Assembly (NCBI GenBank): GCA_021513695.1
Contig: CP084166.1
Location: 1,760,001 to 1,824,000 of the forward strand
Source of the DNA: Candidatus Heimdallarchaeum aukensis
GTDB lineage: Archaea > Asgardarchaeota > Heimdallarchaeia > Heimdallarchaeales > Heimdallarchaeaceae
Direction: 5' to 3'
DNA: 64,000 nucleotides
Shown here one piece after another: positions 20,591 to 28,094 of the stretch; position 1 is the first letter of the stretch; the number at the start of each line of letters is the position of its first letter. Under the pieces are notes generated by a model. That model was not told the origin of the DNA. It searched no databases and saw only the letters and a list, made by a program, of their open reading frames with translations. A program made the position numbers and the translations under genes.

Positions 20591-21061
20591 TTATTTTAAG
20601 TCAGGAAGGCGTTTCTTAGCCAACCCATGTTCCTCGATGTAGGTTCTAAGATATCGTACACTCCTAAATAAGCCACCTTTAGCTTGTAAATAGAGTTTCC
20701 TGTAAACAGATTTTTCTATATATCCTTCATCTCTCAGCTTAGCAAGGTATTTTCGTTGAGCTCGAATGTGATTAATCCAACGGGTTTTCCTTGGAAGTCT
20801 TGAGTATTTTGGACCCTCTCTGCTTCCAGGACCTTTTCTTTGACCTTTTCTCTTTTTAGCGGCATTAGCTCGAGCTCTTCCTCGACTTACACCTTTTATT
20901 TTTCGCTTCTTTATATCTCCGGTGTCTATGTGCCCTCTAATATCTTCTCTTGTAATAGCTAGTGAGAGATCTTGTAGGCTGTCAGGATCAATTTTAACTC
21001 TATTTTTACCAACCTTTAATATTTTGGCAGCAATTCTTCTTTGTGATTTTACATCAGTCAT
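20591..21061 (-). CDS. rpl19e: 50S ribosomal protein L19e
   Basis: MTDVKSQRRIAAKILKVGKNRVKIDPD. Confidence 0.85.
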   Translation of the reverse strand: MTDVKSQRRIAAKILKVGKNRVKIDPDSLQDLSLAITREDIRGHIDTGDIKKRKIKGVSRGRARANAAKKRKGQRKGPGSREGPKYSRLPRKTRWINHIRAQRKYLAKLRDEGYIEKSVYRKLYLQAKGGLFRSVRYLRTYIEEHGLAKKRLPDLK

Positions 21062-21091
21062 TCTTTTTCACGCCCATATTCGCACTATGTA

Positions 21092-21631
21092 TCATTCTGA
21101 AGATTCTTGCTCTGAATCTTCATCTTCTAGAGCTTCCTCAGGTTCTTCTTCAAAATCTTCTTCAAATTCGAATTCGTCTTCACCTAGTAACTCGTATTCT
21201 TCTACTTCTTCACCAAATTCAGCTACTTCAACGGCTTTAACTGGTAAATTAAGTACCTTTATGTGAAGATCTTCAGCTCGTTCAATTATTTGTTGTCTTT
21301 TTCTTAAACCGACTGTTCGTTGAATCATAACGGCATCTGTTTCTGGATCAAGTCCTTCTAATTGTGAAACATTGCTTACGTGTTTCACTGAATAACCTGA
21401 AGGATGCATACCACGAACTGCTTTAGGCCCTCTATAGCCAACGCCAGCCATTTTTGGATAACCTTTTATCTTTTTACGCATTTTGTTGTCGATACCCTTT
21501 GGACGACGCCAATTGCTCTTAAGACGTTTGTATCTCCAAGATTCTGGCCGAACGAAATTGGGCCTTCTTGCATTTATTTTTTGCTTTATACGCAATAACC
21601 GTAATCGTTCTTTATTTTCTGTCATCGTCAA
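21092..21631 (-). CDS. rpl32e: 50S ribosomal protein L32e with acidic C-terminal tail
   Basis: RPNFVRPESWRYKRLKSNWRRPKGIDNKMRKK, then a C-terminal stretch of about 40 aa rich in E/D/F. Confidence 0.85.
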   Translation of the reverse strand: MTMTENKERLRLLRIKQKINARRPNFVRPESWRYKRLKSNWRRPKGIDNKMRKKIKGYPKMAGVGYRGPKAVRGMHPSGYSVKHVSNVSQLEGLDPETDAVMIQRTVGLRKRQQIIERAEDLHIKVLNLPVKAVEVAEFGEEVEEYELLGEDEFEFEEDFEEEPEEALEDEDSEQESSE

Positions 21632-21861
21632 TCAACTATTAACGTCAATAACGTGGTGTAAGTAAAATCTCCACTGTCCTTTTTTAATCATTATCATTGT
21701 TGTTTTTTTGAAACAAAAAAGAGATAATTTCATTTTGGGGGTTATAAGTATAATAGAATGCATTAATTACGGAAACTGAAAAAATAACAAAAAGCTTGAC
21801 TAAAATGAGATAACAAAAAATAAGTTAATGGATAAAAGAAAACAAAAAAATAGATGAGGAA

Positions 21862-22419
21862 TTACTCTTTCTCGTAAACCCAGACTCCATCCATGAAAAC
21901 TTCAGGATCCTTCTTTCTCTTTCCTCTTAATCTACATATTTCTTGCATATTTGCTACTGTTTGTCCTACTGCTTCTTTATCTATTCCTGTTGTGATAACG
22001 TCTTCTTTGTCAACTGTAACTTTAGTATCATCGCCTACTATTTTTGCTTTTAGTAATTTTCTACCACCATAAAGGTTCTTTATTATTACTTCTCTCTTCT
22101 TATTATCTGGTTCTACAGTAATAGGAAAGTGGGAAAATACTATTTTAGATTTGTATGTATAACCCTTCCTTGTTCCTTCGATCATATTGCTAAATAATCC
22201 AACGGCAGAAAGAATCTTTGCTTTCTTTCTTCTGTTTAAGTTGTATGCACTGAATTTCATTTTGGAGCCTTCTAGGCTAATATATGTTTCATCAAATCTA
22301 CTAAAATCTTTTGTCAATTTTCCTTTAGGACCTTCTACAGTAATAATTTTTCCATCTAGGGTTACTTTTACGTCTTCGGGTATTTCTATTTCTCTTTCTA
22401 TAACTACAGTTTTTGTCAT
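21862..22419 (-). CDS. rpl6: 50S ribosomal protein L6 (uL6)
   Basis: VKVTLDGKIITVEGPKGKLTKDF and the duplicated L6 fold pattern. Confidence 0.85.
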   Translation of the reverse strand: MTKTVVIEREIEIPEDVKVTLDGKIITVEGPKGKLTKDFSRFDETYISLEGSKMKFSAYNLNRRKKAKILSAVGLFSNMIEGTRKGYTYKSKIVFSHFPITVEPDNKKREVIIKNLYGGRKLLKAKIVGDDTKVTVDKEDVITTGIDKEAVGQTVANMQEICRLRGKRKKDPEVFMDGVWVYEKE

Positions 22420-22429
22420 TTTACGTCAC

Positions 22430-22831
22430 CTAGTAGATATATGCTAATAATCTCCCGCCTATTCCTTTTTCTTTTGCATCGTCATGACTCATAACTCCTT
22501 CAGGGGTTGTAACAACAAGCACTCCAAAATTTTTAGCGGGTAAATATTTTTGCTCCCATTCTTCAAATTCATCTTTTGCTACAGGATAACGAGGTTTTAT
22601 TACTCCACACTTATTAATTCGTCCCATTAACTGAACTTCAAATATTCCTCCTCGATGGTCATTGATATATTCTAATTCACCCAGATAACCAGCTCTTTGT
22701 GCAGTTCTAAGAACATTTGCCACTAGTTTACTCGCGGGTTTAATAGATACTTTTTTCTTTCCTGTTCTTTCAGCATTCAATATAGAATTTAGAGCATCTG
22801 CTAAAGGATCAACTTGTACCATTTTATCCAC
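22430..22831 (-). CDS. rps8: 30S ribosomal protein S8 (uS8)
   Basis: [21 protein letters not shown]. The start is GTG at 22829-22831, or the ATG 9 nt downstream. Confidence 0.85.
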   Translation of the reverse strand: MDKMVQVDPLADALNSILNAERTGKKKVSIKPASKLVANVLRTAQRAGYLGELEYINDHRGGIFEVQLMGRINKCGVIKPRYPVAKDEFEEWEQKYLPAKNFGVLVVTTPEGVMSHDDAKEKGIGGRLLAYIY

Positions 22832-22991
22832 CTCTACTCCCGGTTTTCTTAAAACCTATTTTATCATATATTTCTCTAATACATCGTCTGCAAATCATTA
22901 GGTCAGCTCTTCTAATTACTCCTTGATGTGTACCACAACGTTGGCATTGGCGGGATCCTTTTCCATATTTTATTTCTCTTCTTTCTTGCAT
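22824..22991 (-). CDS. rps14: 30S ribosomal protein S14 type Z (uS14, zinc-binding); not in the supplied ORF track
   Basis: Translated by hand: [55 protein letters not shown]. It has CxxC...CxxC and overlaps the S8 start. Confidence 0.8.
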   Translation of the reverse strand: MQERREIKYGKGSRQCQRCGTHQGVIRRADLMICRRCIREIYDKIGFKKTGSRGG

Positions 22992-22996
22992 TTTTA

Positions 22997-23569
22997 TCAC
23001 TTCACAATTTTAATGTTAAACTCTTTAGAAGCGAATTCCATTGCTTCCTCTTTTGTAATCAGATGTTTCTTTGGTATTTTCTTTCTTTGATTTCGTCTGT
23101 ACTTCAGTCTATATCCTGGCCTTTCTAGTTTAACAACAACATTAAACCCTATTGTTCCTAACATTGGATCAAAAGGTGCATCTCGGATATCTACATGTTC
23201 AGTTATACCAAAACTGAAGTTACCTTGCTGATCAAACGCTTTCTGCTTTATAATATAGTCTTTTGCATACAAACATCTGTCTAGCATTTCTTTTGCTTCT
23301 TCTCCCCGCAGAGTAACAATGGCTGCGATAGGCTCTCCTTTTCTTATTCCAAAGTCTCTGATACTTTTCTTTGCTGGTCGTTCGGAGGGAACTCGTCCTG
23401 TAATTTGAGATAGTATGGTTTTAGCTCTCTCGAATCTTGGACCAGATTCACCTACTGCAGCGTTCAATATTACTTCTTTCAAGTATGGTTTTCTCATGGG
23501 ATGTTTTTCCCATTCTTTTGAGTATTTTTCTTCGATTTCAACTTCTTCTAAAGGTTCTCCAAAAAGCAT
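22997..23569 (-). CDS. rpl5: 50S ribosomal protein L5 (uL5)
   Basis: NPMRKPYLKEVILNAAVGESGPRFERA. Confidence 0.9.
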   Translation of the reverse strand: MLFGEPLEEVEIEEKYSKEWEKHPMRKPYLKEVILNAAVGESGPRFERAKTILSQITGRVPSERPAKKSIRDFGIRKGEPIAAIVTLRGEEAKEMLDRCLYAKDYIIKQKAFDQQGNFSFGITEHVDIRDAPFDPMLGTIGFNVVVKLERPGYRLKYRRNQRKKIPKKHLITKEEAMEFASKEFNIKIVK

Positions 23570-24327
23570 TAGTTATCCACCTCCGGTAAACCAACATCTT
23601 GATCTGGAGTTTCTTTTCCAATAACGAAAATGTAACGATACAAAGTTTCAATAGTAGTTCCTGATGTTGTACGAATAGTAGCAGTTTTTGTTTTTGATGT
23701 TCCGTGAGTACTAATATTTTCTATTACTCCATGTTGACCCATACCACGACCACTAATTATTAATCCATAATTACCGACTTCTAAATCGAATTTGTCAATT
23801 ATTTTTTGTTCAGGTATAGATATTTTTACTGTTGCATGAGTTGAATATTCTGCAGCGATCTTATAGTCATCTTCTGAAAGGATAATATTTCTTCCATCAT
23901 GAAGATTTAATTGTGTTTTTCCTCCTTTTAATGTGGTCTTGTTAACAATTTGACAGAATTTTACCTTTGCCTTTTCTTCATCTATAGGTACAAGACGTAA
24001 ACCAATTTTTGGTATGTATAGCATCCTATAATGTTCATTTATTTTAGGTAAACTAAAAACATCCATAAAACCGACAGGATATTTTCGGTCAAGTTTTACA
24101 CGTCCATCAACGAGAACGTTACGTTCATAAATTATTTTTTTAACTTCACTGATGTTTCGAGCATATTTTAAGAGATCTCTTAAAATTATAGCTGTAGGAA
24201 TACAATCATCTGCAGCATGTGGTCCTGGAGATGGTCTAACTGAAAAGGTGTATTCTTTTTTGTGTATGGGGTAATGCTCAGAAACAACTAATCTTTTCAA
24301 GTGTTTTTTTCCGCCTGATTTTGTCAT
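23569..24327 (-). CDS. rps4e: 30S ribosomal protein S4e
   Basis: KKHLKRLVVSEHYPIHKKEYTFSVRPSPGPH. Confidence 0.9.
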   Translation of the reverse strand: MTKSGGKKHLKRLVVSEHYPIHKKEYTFSVRPSPGPHAADDCIPTAIILRDLLKYARNISEVKKIIYERNVLVDGRVKLDRKYPVGFMDVFSLPKINEHYRMLYIPKIGLRLVPIDEEKAKVKFCQIVNKTTLKGGKTQLNLHDGRNIILSEDDYKIAAEYSTHATVKISIPEQKIIDKFDLEVGNYGLIISGRGMGQHGVIENISTHGTSKTKTATIRTTSGTTIETLYRYIFVIGKETPDQDVGLPEVDN

Positions 24328-24839
24328 TATTCATTCTCCTCCTCTGTAGAATCTTCTTCAAAATCTTCTTCGAAATCTTCTTCGAAATCATAATCTTCGT
24401 CTAAGGTTTCTTCTACTTCTGTTTCTTCATCAAATATGCTTTCTTCTAAGTCTTCATCTGTTAGATCTTTCACAGAACGTCGTTTCAATAATTCTTTTCT
24501 CTTCTTATCCTTCAAATTCAGACTTGTAATAATGATATTTGAGGGTTTTACTGGAAAAGATTTTATTGTTCCGTCAGCTTTCTCTTTACTATGACCTTCA
24601 ATGTGAATTGCATATTTTTGAGGAAGACATCTGATAACTTTTCCTTTTATCTCATCTTCTTCTCTAATAGCTTTAACTACAACAACTTTATCTCCGCGAA
24701 CAACAGGAATTCTTTTTACTCCATATTTTTCTTGTAATTCTTTGGAGAGTCTTGCAGTCATGCCTTTTTTACGTTGGTGCAAAGGACGATTGAAATATCG
24801 TTTTCTTTGTTTCCCAGGTTTAATTGTCTTTGTTTTCAT
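24327..24839 (-). CDS. rpl24: 50S ribosomal protein L24 (uL24) with acidic C-terminal tail
   Basis: KOW motif RGDKVVVVKAIREEDEIKGKVI, then a C-terminal stretch of about 45 aa rich in D/E/F. Confidence 0.85.
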   Translation of the reverse strand: MKTKTIKPGKQRKRYFNRPLHQRKKGMTARLSKELQEKYGVKRIPVVRGDKVVVVKAIREEDEIKGKVIRCLPQKYAIHIEGHSKEKADGTIKSFPVKPSNIIITSLNLKDKKRKELLKRRSVKDLTDEDLEESIFDEETEVEETLDEDYDFEEDFEEDFEEDSTEEENE

Positions 24840-24849
24840 TGTAAATCAC

Positions 24850-25281
24850 CTACACAATTATTGATGCTCGATGAGCAATCCTTGGCCAGTGTTCTGCAGC
24901 TTCTTTAGCAATAGGTCCACGAATTTCGGTTCCTAAGGGGTCTCCTACTTCATTTGTCAAGACTATTCCATTTTCTTCAAATTGTATCCATGTACCATCT
25001 GGTCTTCTGAAAGGAGCTCTTTGTCTAACTACAACAGCATGATAAATTTGTTTCCTTCTTTTAGGAGAACCTTTTTTCACACTAACAATACACATAGTTC
25101 CTACTGTTGCCCAAGGAATACGATTTAATCTTCCTCTATATCCTTTGACAGCAATAATCTCCACTTCTCTAGCTCCTGAATTATCAGCACACTTCACTCT
25201 ACTACCAACAATAAGTGATGGCTTTCTTCTTTTTAATGGACGTCCAACTGTCTTACGTTTCGCCATAATCACACACCTCAA
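24850..25281 (-). CDS. rpl14: 50S ribosomal protein L14 (uL14)
   Basis: GSRVKCADNSGAREVEIIAVKGYRGR. Confidence 0.9.
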   Translation of the reverse strand: MRCVIMAKRKTVGRPLKRRKPSLIVGSRVKCADNSGAREVEIIAVKGYRGRLNRIPWATVGTMCIVSVKKGSPKRRKQIYHAVVVRQRAPFRRPDGTWIQFEENGIVLTNEVGDPLGTEIRGPIAKEAAEHWPRIAHRASIIV

Positions 25282-25616
25282 GCGGATTTAAGTTTTTCAA
25301 TTACAACAAAAGAAACAGTCTTAGAGAGAGGACGACATTCTGCTGCGCGTACTAAATCTCCTTCTTTTACATTAAGGCAAGGAGGATTATGTGCACTTAT
25401 TTTTCCATGCTCTCTCTGGTATCTCTTATATTTCTTAACGTATCGTAAGAAATCTCTTCGAATAACGACAGTTCTTCGCATTTTGTCAGATACAACACGT
25501 CCAACAAATATTCTTCCCCTCACTGGCAATTTCCCATGAAATGGACATCTAGGGTCATCACAAGTTGTTGTGGGGGGTTCTACATCAATTCCAATATTCC
25601 GTACTTTACTACTCAT
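25278..25616 (-). CDS. rps17: 30S ribosomal protein S17 (uS17)
   Basis: GRIFVGRVVSDKMRRTVVIRRDFLRYVKKYKRYQ. Confidence 0.85.
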   Translation of the reverse strand: MSSKVRNIGIDVEPPTTTCDDPRCPFHGKLPVRGRIFVGRVVSDKMRRTVVIRRDFLRYVKKYKRYQREHGKISAHNPPCLNVKEGDLVRAAECRPLSKTVSFVVIEKLKSA

Positions 25617-25802
25617 ATGATCAACTCCAATAAGCGTCTTATACCCATGGTAAGTTCTACCAATTTTGGCTCTAGATAACTAGAGTAAGACGTCTTATTT
25701 TACGTATATTTAACAATTAATTATACTAATTACAGCCAAAATTTTTCCTTTTTAATTGTTTTTATTGTTAAGATTTTTCAAACTAAAAAAATAATCTTCT
25801 CC

Positions 25803-26108
25803 CTACCAAGAATGAATTTTTTTCTTCATTCTATCTTCTGGTTTTCCTAAAAGATTCTCTCCATTAACTTTAACTGTTAACCCAGGTTCAATAGTAATTT
25901 TAAAAACGAACCCTTTTTTTGGAATAGAACGAATCTTGTCTTGAAAGCGAATTTTTATCATATGAGCTGTTTCGTCAATAACTACTCCACTAAGATTTGT
26001 AAGTGATTCCATAGGGCTTTTAACAATTTCAATGTGATATCCATAGAGACCAACAGCAAGTTTTGCCCATATATACAACTTTTTTTTAAAAATCAAGTTC
26101 ATCTCCAT
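25803..26108 (-). CDS. rnp1: RNase P protein component 1 (Rpp29/Pop4)
   Basis: GVVIDETAHMIKI...IPKKGFVFKI...VKVNGENLLGKPEDRMKKK matches archaeal Rpp29. It sits in the canonical position between L29 and S17. Confidence 0.8.
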   Translation of the reverse strand: MEMNLIFKKKLYIWAKLAVGLYGYHIEIVKSPMESLTNLSGVVIDETAHMIKIRFQDKIRSIPKKGFVFKITIEPGLTVKVNGENLLGKPEDRMKKKIHSW

Positions 26109-26209
26109 TTAATTAGTACTTACACAAACAATTCCAGATTCTACTTATAAATATTCAACCAAAGTAAATTAAAAAATGTATTTTATAAAAGGGAGAGAGA
26201 AAATAAAAA

Positions 26210-26413
26210 TTAAAGTTCTCCTTCTTCAGTTAATATAGTTAAAATACGAGCAATTGTTCTTTTATATTCTCGGATTTGTCCTGGATTCTCAATACTTCCT
26301 CCAGATGCTAACTCCGATTTTACTTTGAAGAGTTTTTGTTTATACTCTTCTAACTTTTTTAATTTTTGCTCTCTTGTTAATTTTCTTATTTCTGCGGGTT
26401 TAAGTTCAGCCAT
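26210..26413 (-). CDS. rpl29: 50S ribosomal protein L29 (uL29)
   Basis: MAELKPAEIRKLTREQKLKKLEEYKQKLFKVKSELASGG. Confidence 0.8.
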   Translation of the reverse strand: MAELKPAEIRKLTREQKLKKLEEYKQKLFKVKSELASGGSIENPGQIREYKRTIARILTILTEEGEL

Positions 26414-26426
26414 ATTTTACACCTTT

Positions 26427-27410
26427 TTATTCATTATTTATTTTCTCGACATATTTTAGAATTGTTTTTCTAGTATCCCCTTCAACAAACTTGTGTATTT
26501 CTTCAGGAGTCATTTTTTCCATTAATACTTTTGCTTCCTTGACAGTATAGTCTTTTGATTTTTTGATGTCTTCAACTTCTACTTCCTCTTTCTTGATTTC
26601 ACCTTCAGTTTCGCTGATTTCGTCAAGTTCAGCCATTTCATCAATTTCACTGACTCCGGTTTCGTCAAGTTCAGCCATTTCATCTAACTCTTCAATTTCT
26701 TCTAATTCTTCAGAATATTCCTCGATTTCTGTCTCACCAGCAACTTCTTCTTCACCTATGGATACTTCTTTAGTATCTCTTGCAGTTGGTTCAGCAATTA
26801 TCTCAATATCATCGGGTAATATTGCATCTGGGCGCATAATTCTGACTTTCACACCGATTTTTCCTCTTCGGATAATAGCTGTAGCTTTTCCTTCATCAAC
26901 GAATTCAGTTGCTGGAGCACCACATTTAGCTACAAAACCCGCTCGAAAAGTTTCTACTCTAGCTCTTTGACTCGTAATTTTTCCGCTTATTATTACTTCA
27001 ACGCCCTTTGCTCCAGCACTTAATATTCTACGCATGATTCCGTGAGCAGAACGTCGAAAATGTCTCCCTCTCTCCAAAGAAGAGGCCAATCTATAAGCCA
27101 TGACTCTTGCGTCGAGATCAGGGTTTTCTACTTGTGATACTTCAATCTGAGGGTTATCTAACTTAAATTGTTCTCTTAATGTATTGGTGATTGATCTAAT
27201 GGTTTTTCCTCGACCACCAATTGCAAGTCCAACACGACCTGCTCTCAAAATGACCCTATCTCCCAAGGGAGTACGTCTAATTTCACACCCTCCATACTCT
27301 GCAGTCTTAAGCTTTTTAGCTAAATATTCATCAATAGCGTTTCTTTTAATTTTTCTTGCGATAAAATCCTTTGTTGCTGGCATAACTTCACCTATAATCT
27401 TAATCCTCAA
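26427..27410 (-). CDS. rps3: 30S ribosomal protein S3 (uS3) with ~110-aa acidic C-terminal extension
   Basis: A KH domain and the S3 C-domain (RAGRVGLAIGGRGKTIR...) are followed by an E/D-rich low-complexity tail and a short terminal module. Confidence 0.9.
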   Translation of the reverse strand: MRIKIIGEVMPATKDFIARKIKRNAIDEYLAKKLKTAEYGGCEIRRTPLGDRVILRAGRVGLAIGGRGKTIRSITNTLREQFKLDNPQIEVSQVENPDLDARVMAYRLASSLERGRHFRRSAHGIMRRILSAGAKGVEVIISGKITSQRARVETFRAGFVAKCGAPATEFVDEGKATAIIRRGKIGVKVRIMRPDAILPDDIEIIAEPTARDTKEVSIGEEEVAGETEIEEYSEELEEIEELDEMAELDETGVSEIDEMAELDEISETEGEIKKEEVEVEDIKKSKDYTVKEAKVLMEKMTPEEIHKFVEGDTRKTILKYVEKINNE

Positions 27411-27861
27411 TTTCTGCTACAAGTTCTATATGAACATATTGTCGAACTTTTGGAGTTGACCTTCCGTGAGCCCTATAAAAGTAACGAACTTCTTTAGAAC
27501 CTTTCAAAGAAACAGCATGGATTATCTTAGCTTTATCAACTTGAAGCTGATTTGCCTCGACGTTGTTTTCCAAATTTTCAACAACCTTTAAGATTTCTTT
27601 GGCAGCTTTAACGGGGTAACGTCCTGCAGCCCATCCTTGTAAATCACTTTTATGTCCAACGTTTCGCTTATATCGTCTGTATGGAACACTTCGCTTCTTA
27701 GCGATGACATCCTCAAGATATTCTTTACACTGATCAATCTTCATACCTTTAATTGCTCTAAGAATCTCTCTAGCAGCTTTTGGTGATATGTCAATATCCC
27801 TAGCTGAAGCTTTTGCGCTACGATCAGGGTCAGTTATTATACTGTATTTATATGAAGGCAA
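27400..27861 (-). CDS. rpl22: 50S ribosomal protein L22 (uL22), first gene of the operon, TTG start
   Basis: SAKASARDIDISPKAAREILRAIKGMKIDQ. The start codon is TTG (reverse complement of caa at 27859-27861), 8 nt after AGGAG. Confidence 0.85.
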   Translation of the reverse strand: MPSYKYSIITDPDRSAKASARDIDISPKAAREILRAIKGMKIDQCKEYLEDVIAKKRSVPYRRYKRNVGHKSDLQGWAAGRYPVKAAKEILKVVENLENNVEANQLQVDKAKIIHAVSLKGSKEVRYFYRAHGRSTPKVRQYVHIELVAEIED

Positions 27862-27891
27862 CTTAATATCTCCTTTCTTATTATCTCTCTA

Positions 27892-27962
27892 AAGTGTGTG
27901 GTGAGTATCCAATTTTTAAGGTTTGTTTTTACTCACTTTAATTCAAAGTGACAACCACACAC
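27892..27962 (-). promoter_or_regulatory. nested inverted-repeat element (predicted three-way-junction RNA or operator) in the leader of the uL22-led ribosomal protein operon
   Basis: A 10-bp outer stem AGTGTGTGGT/ACCACACACT encloses two hairpins: GAGTA...TACTC and CACTTT-AATTC-AAAGTG. It lies 30-100 nt upstream of the L22 start and downstream of the valS terminator T-runs. Confidence 0.45.
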
Positions 27963-28094
27963 TGAACATTTTCAACTTTTAAAAAATGTTTAAAACAATT
28001 TGGTTTGTCGAGAAAAAAAAATCATGAAAAATTGATAAAAAATGAAAGTTTTAACATAAATTTTTGAATAAAAGGTGAAAAGAAAGAAGAATTA

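Noticed and set aside
24330-24440. Periodic GAAGATTTTGAAGAAG-type repeats (CRISPR or tandem-repeat suspicion)
   Set aside because: The repeats are in frame within rpl24 and encode the DFEEDFEE acidic tail. There are no spacers and no cas genes.
26563-26970. Ser-rich 135-aa ORF
   Set aside because: It is the antisense translation of the GAA/GAT-rich acidic tail of uS3.
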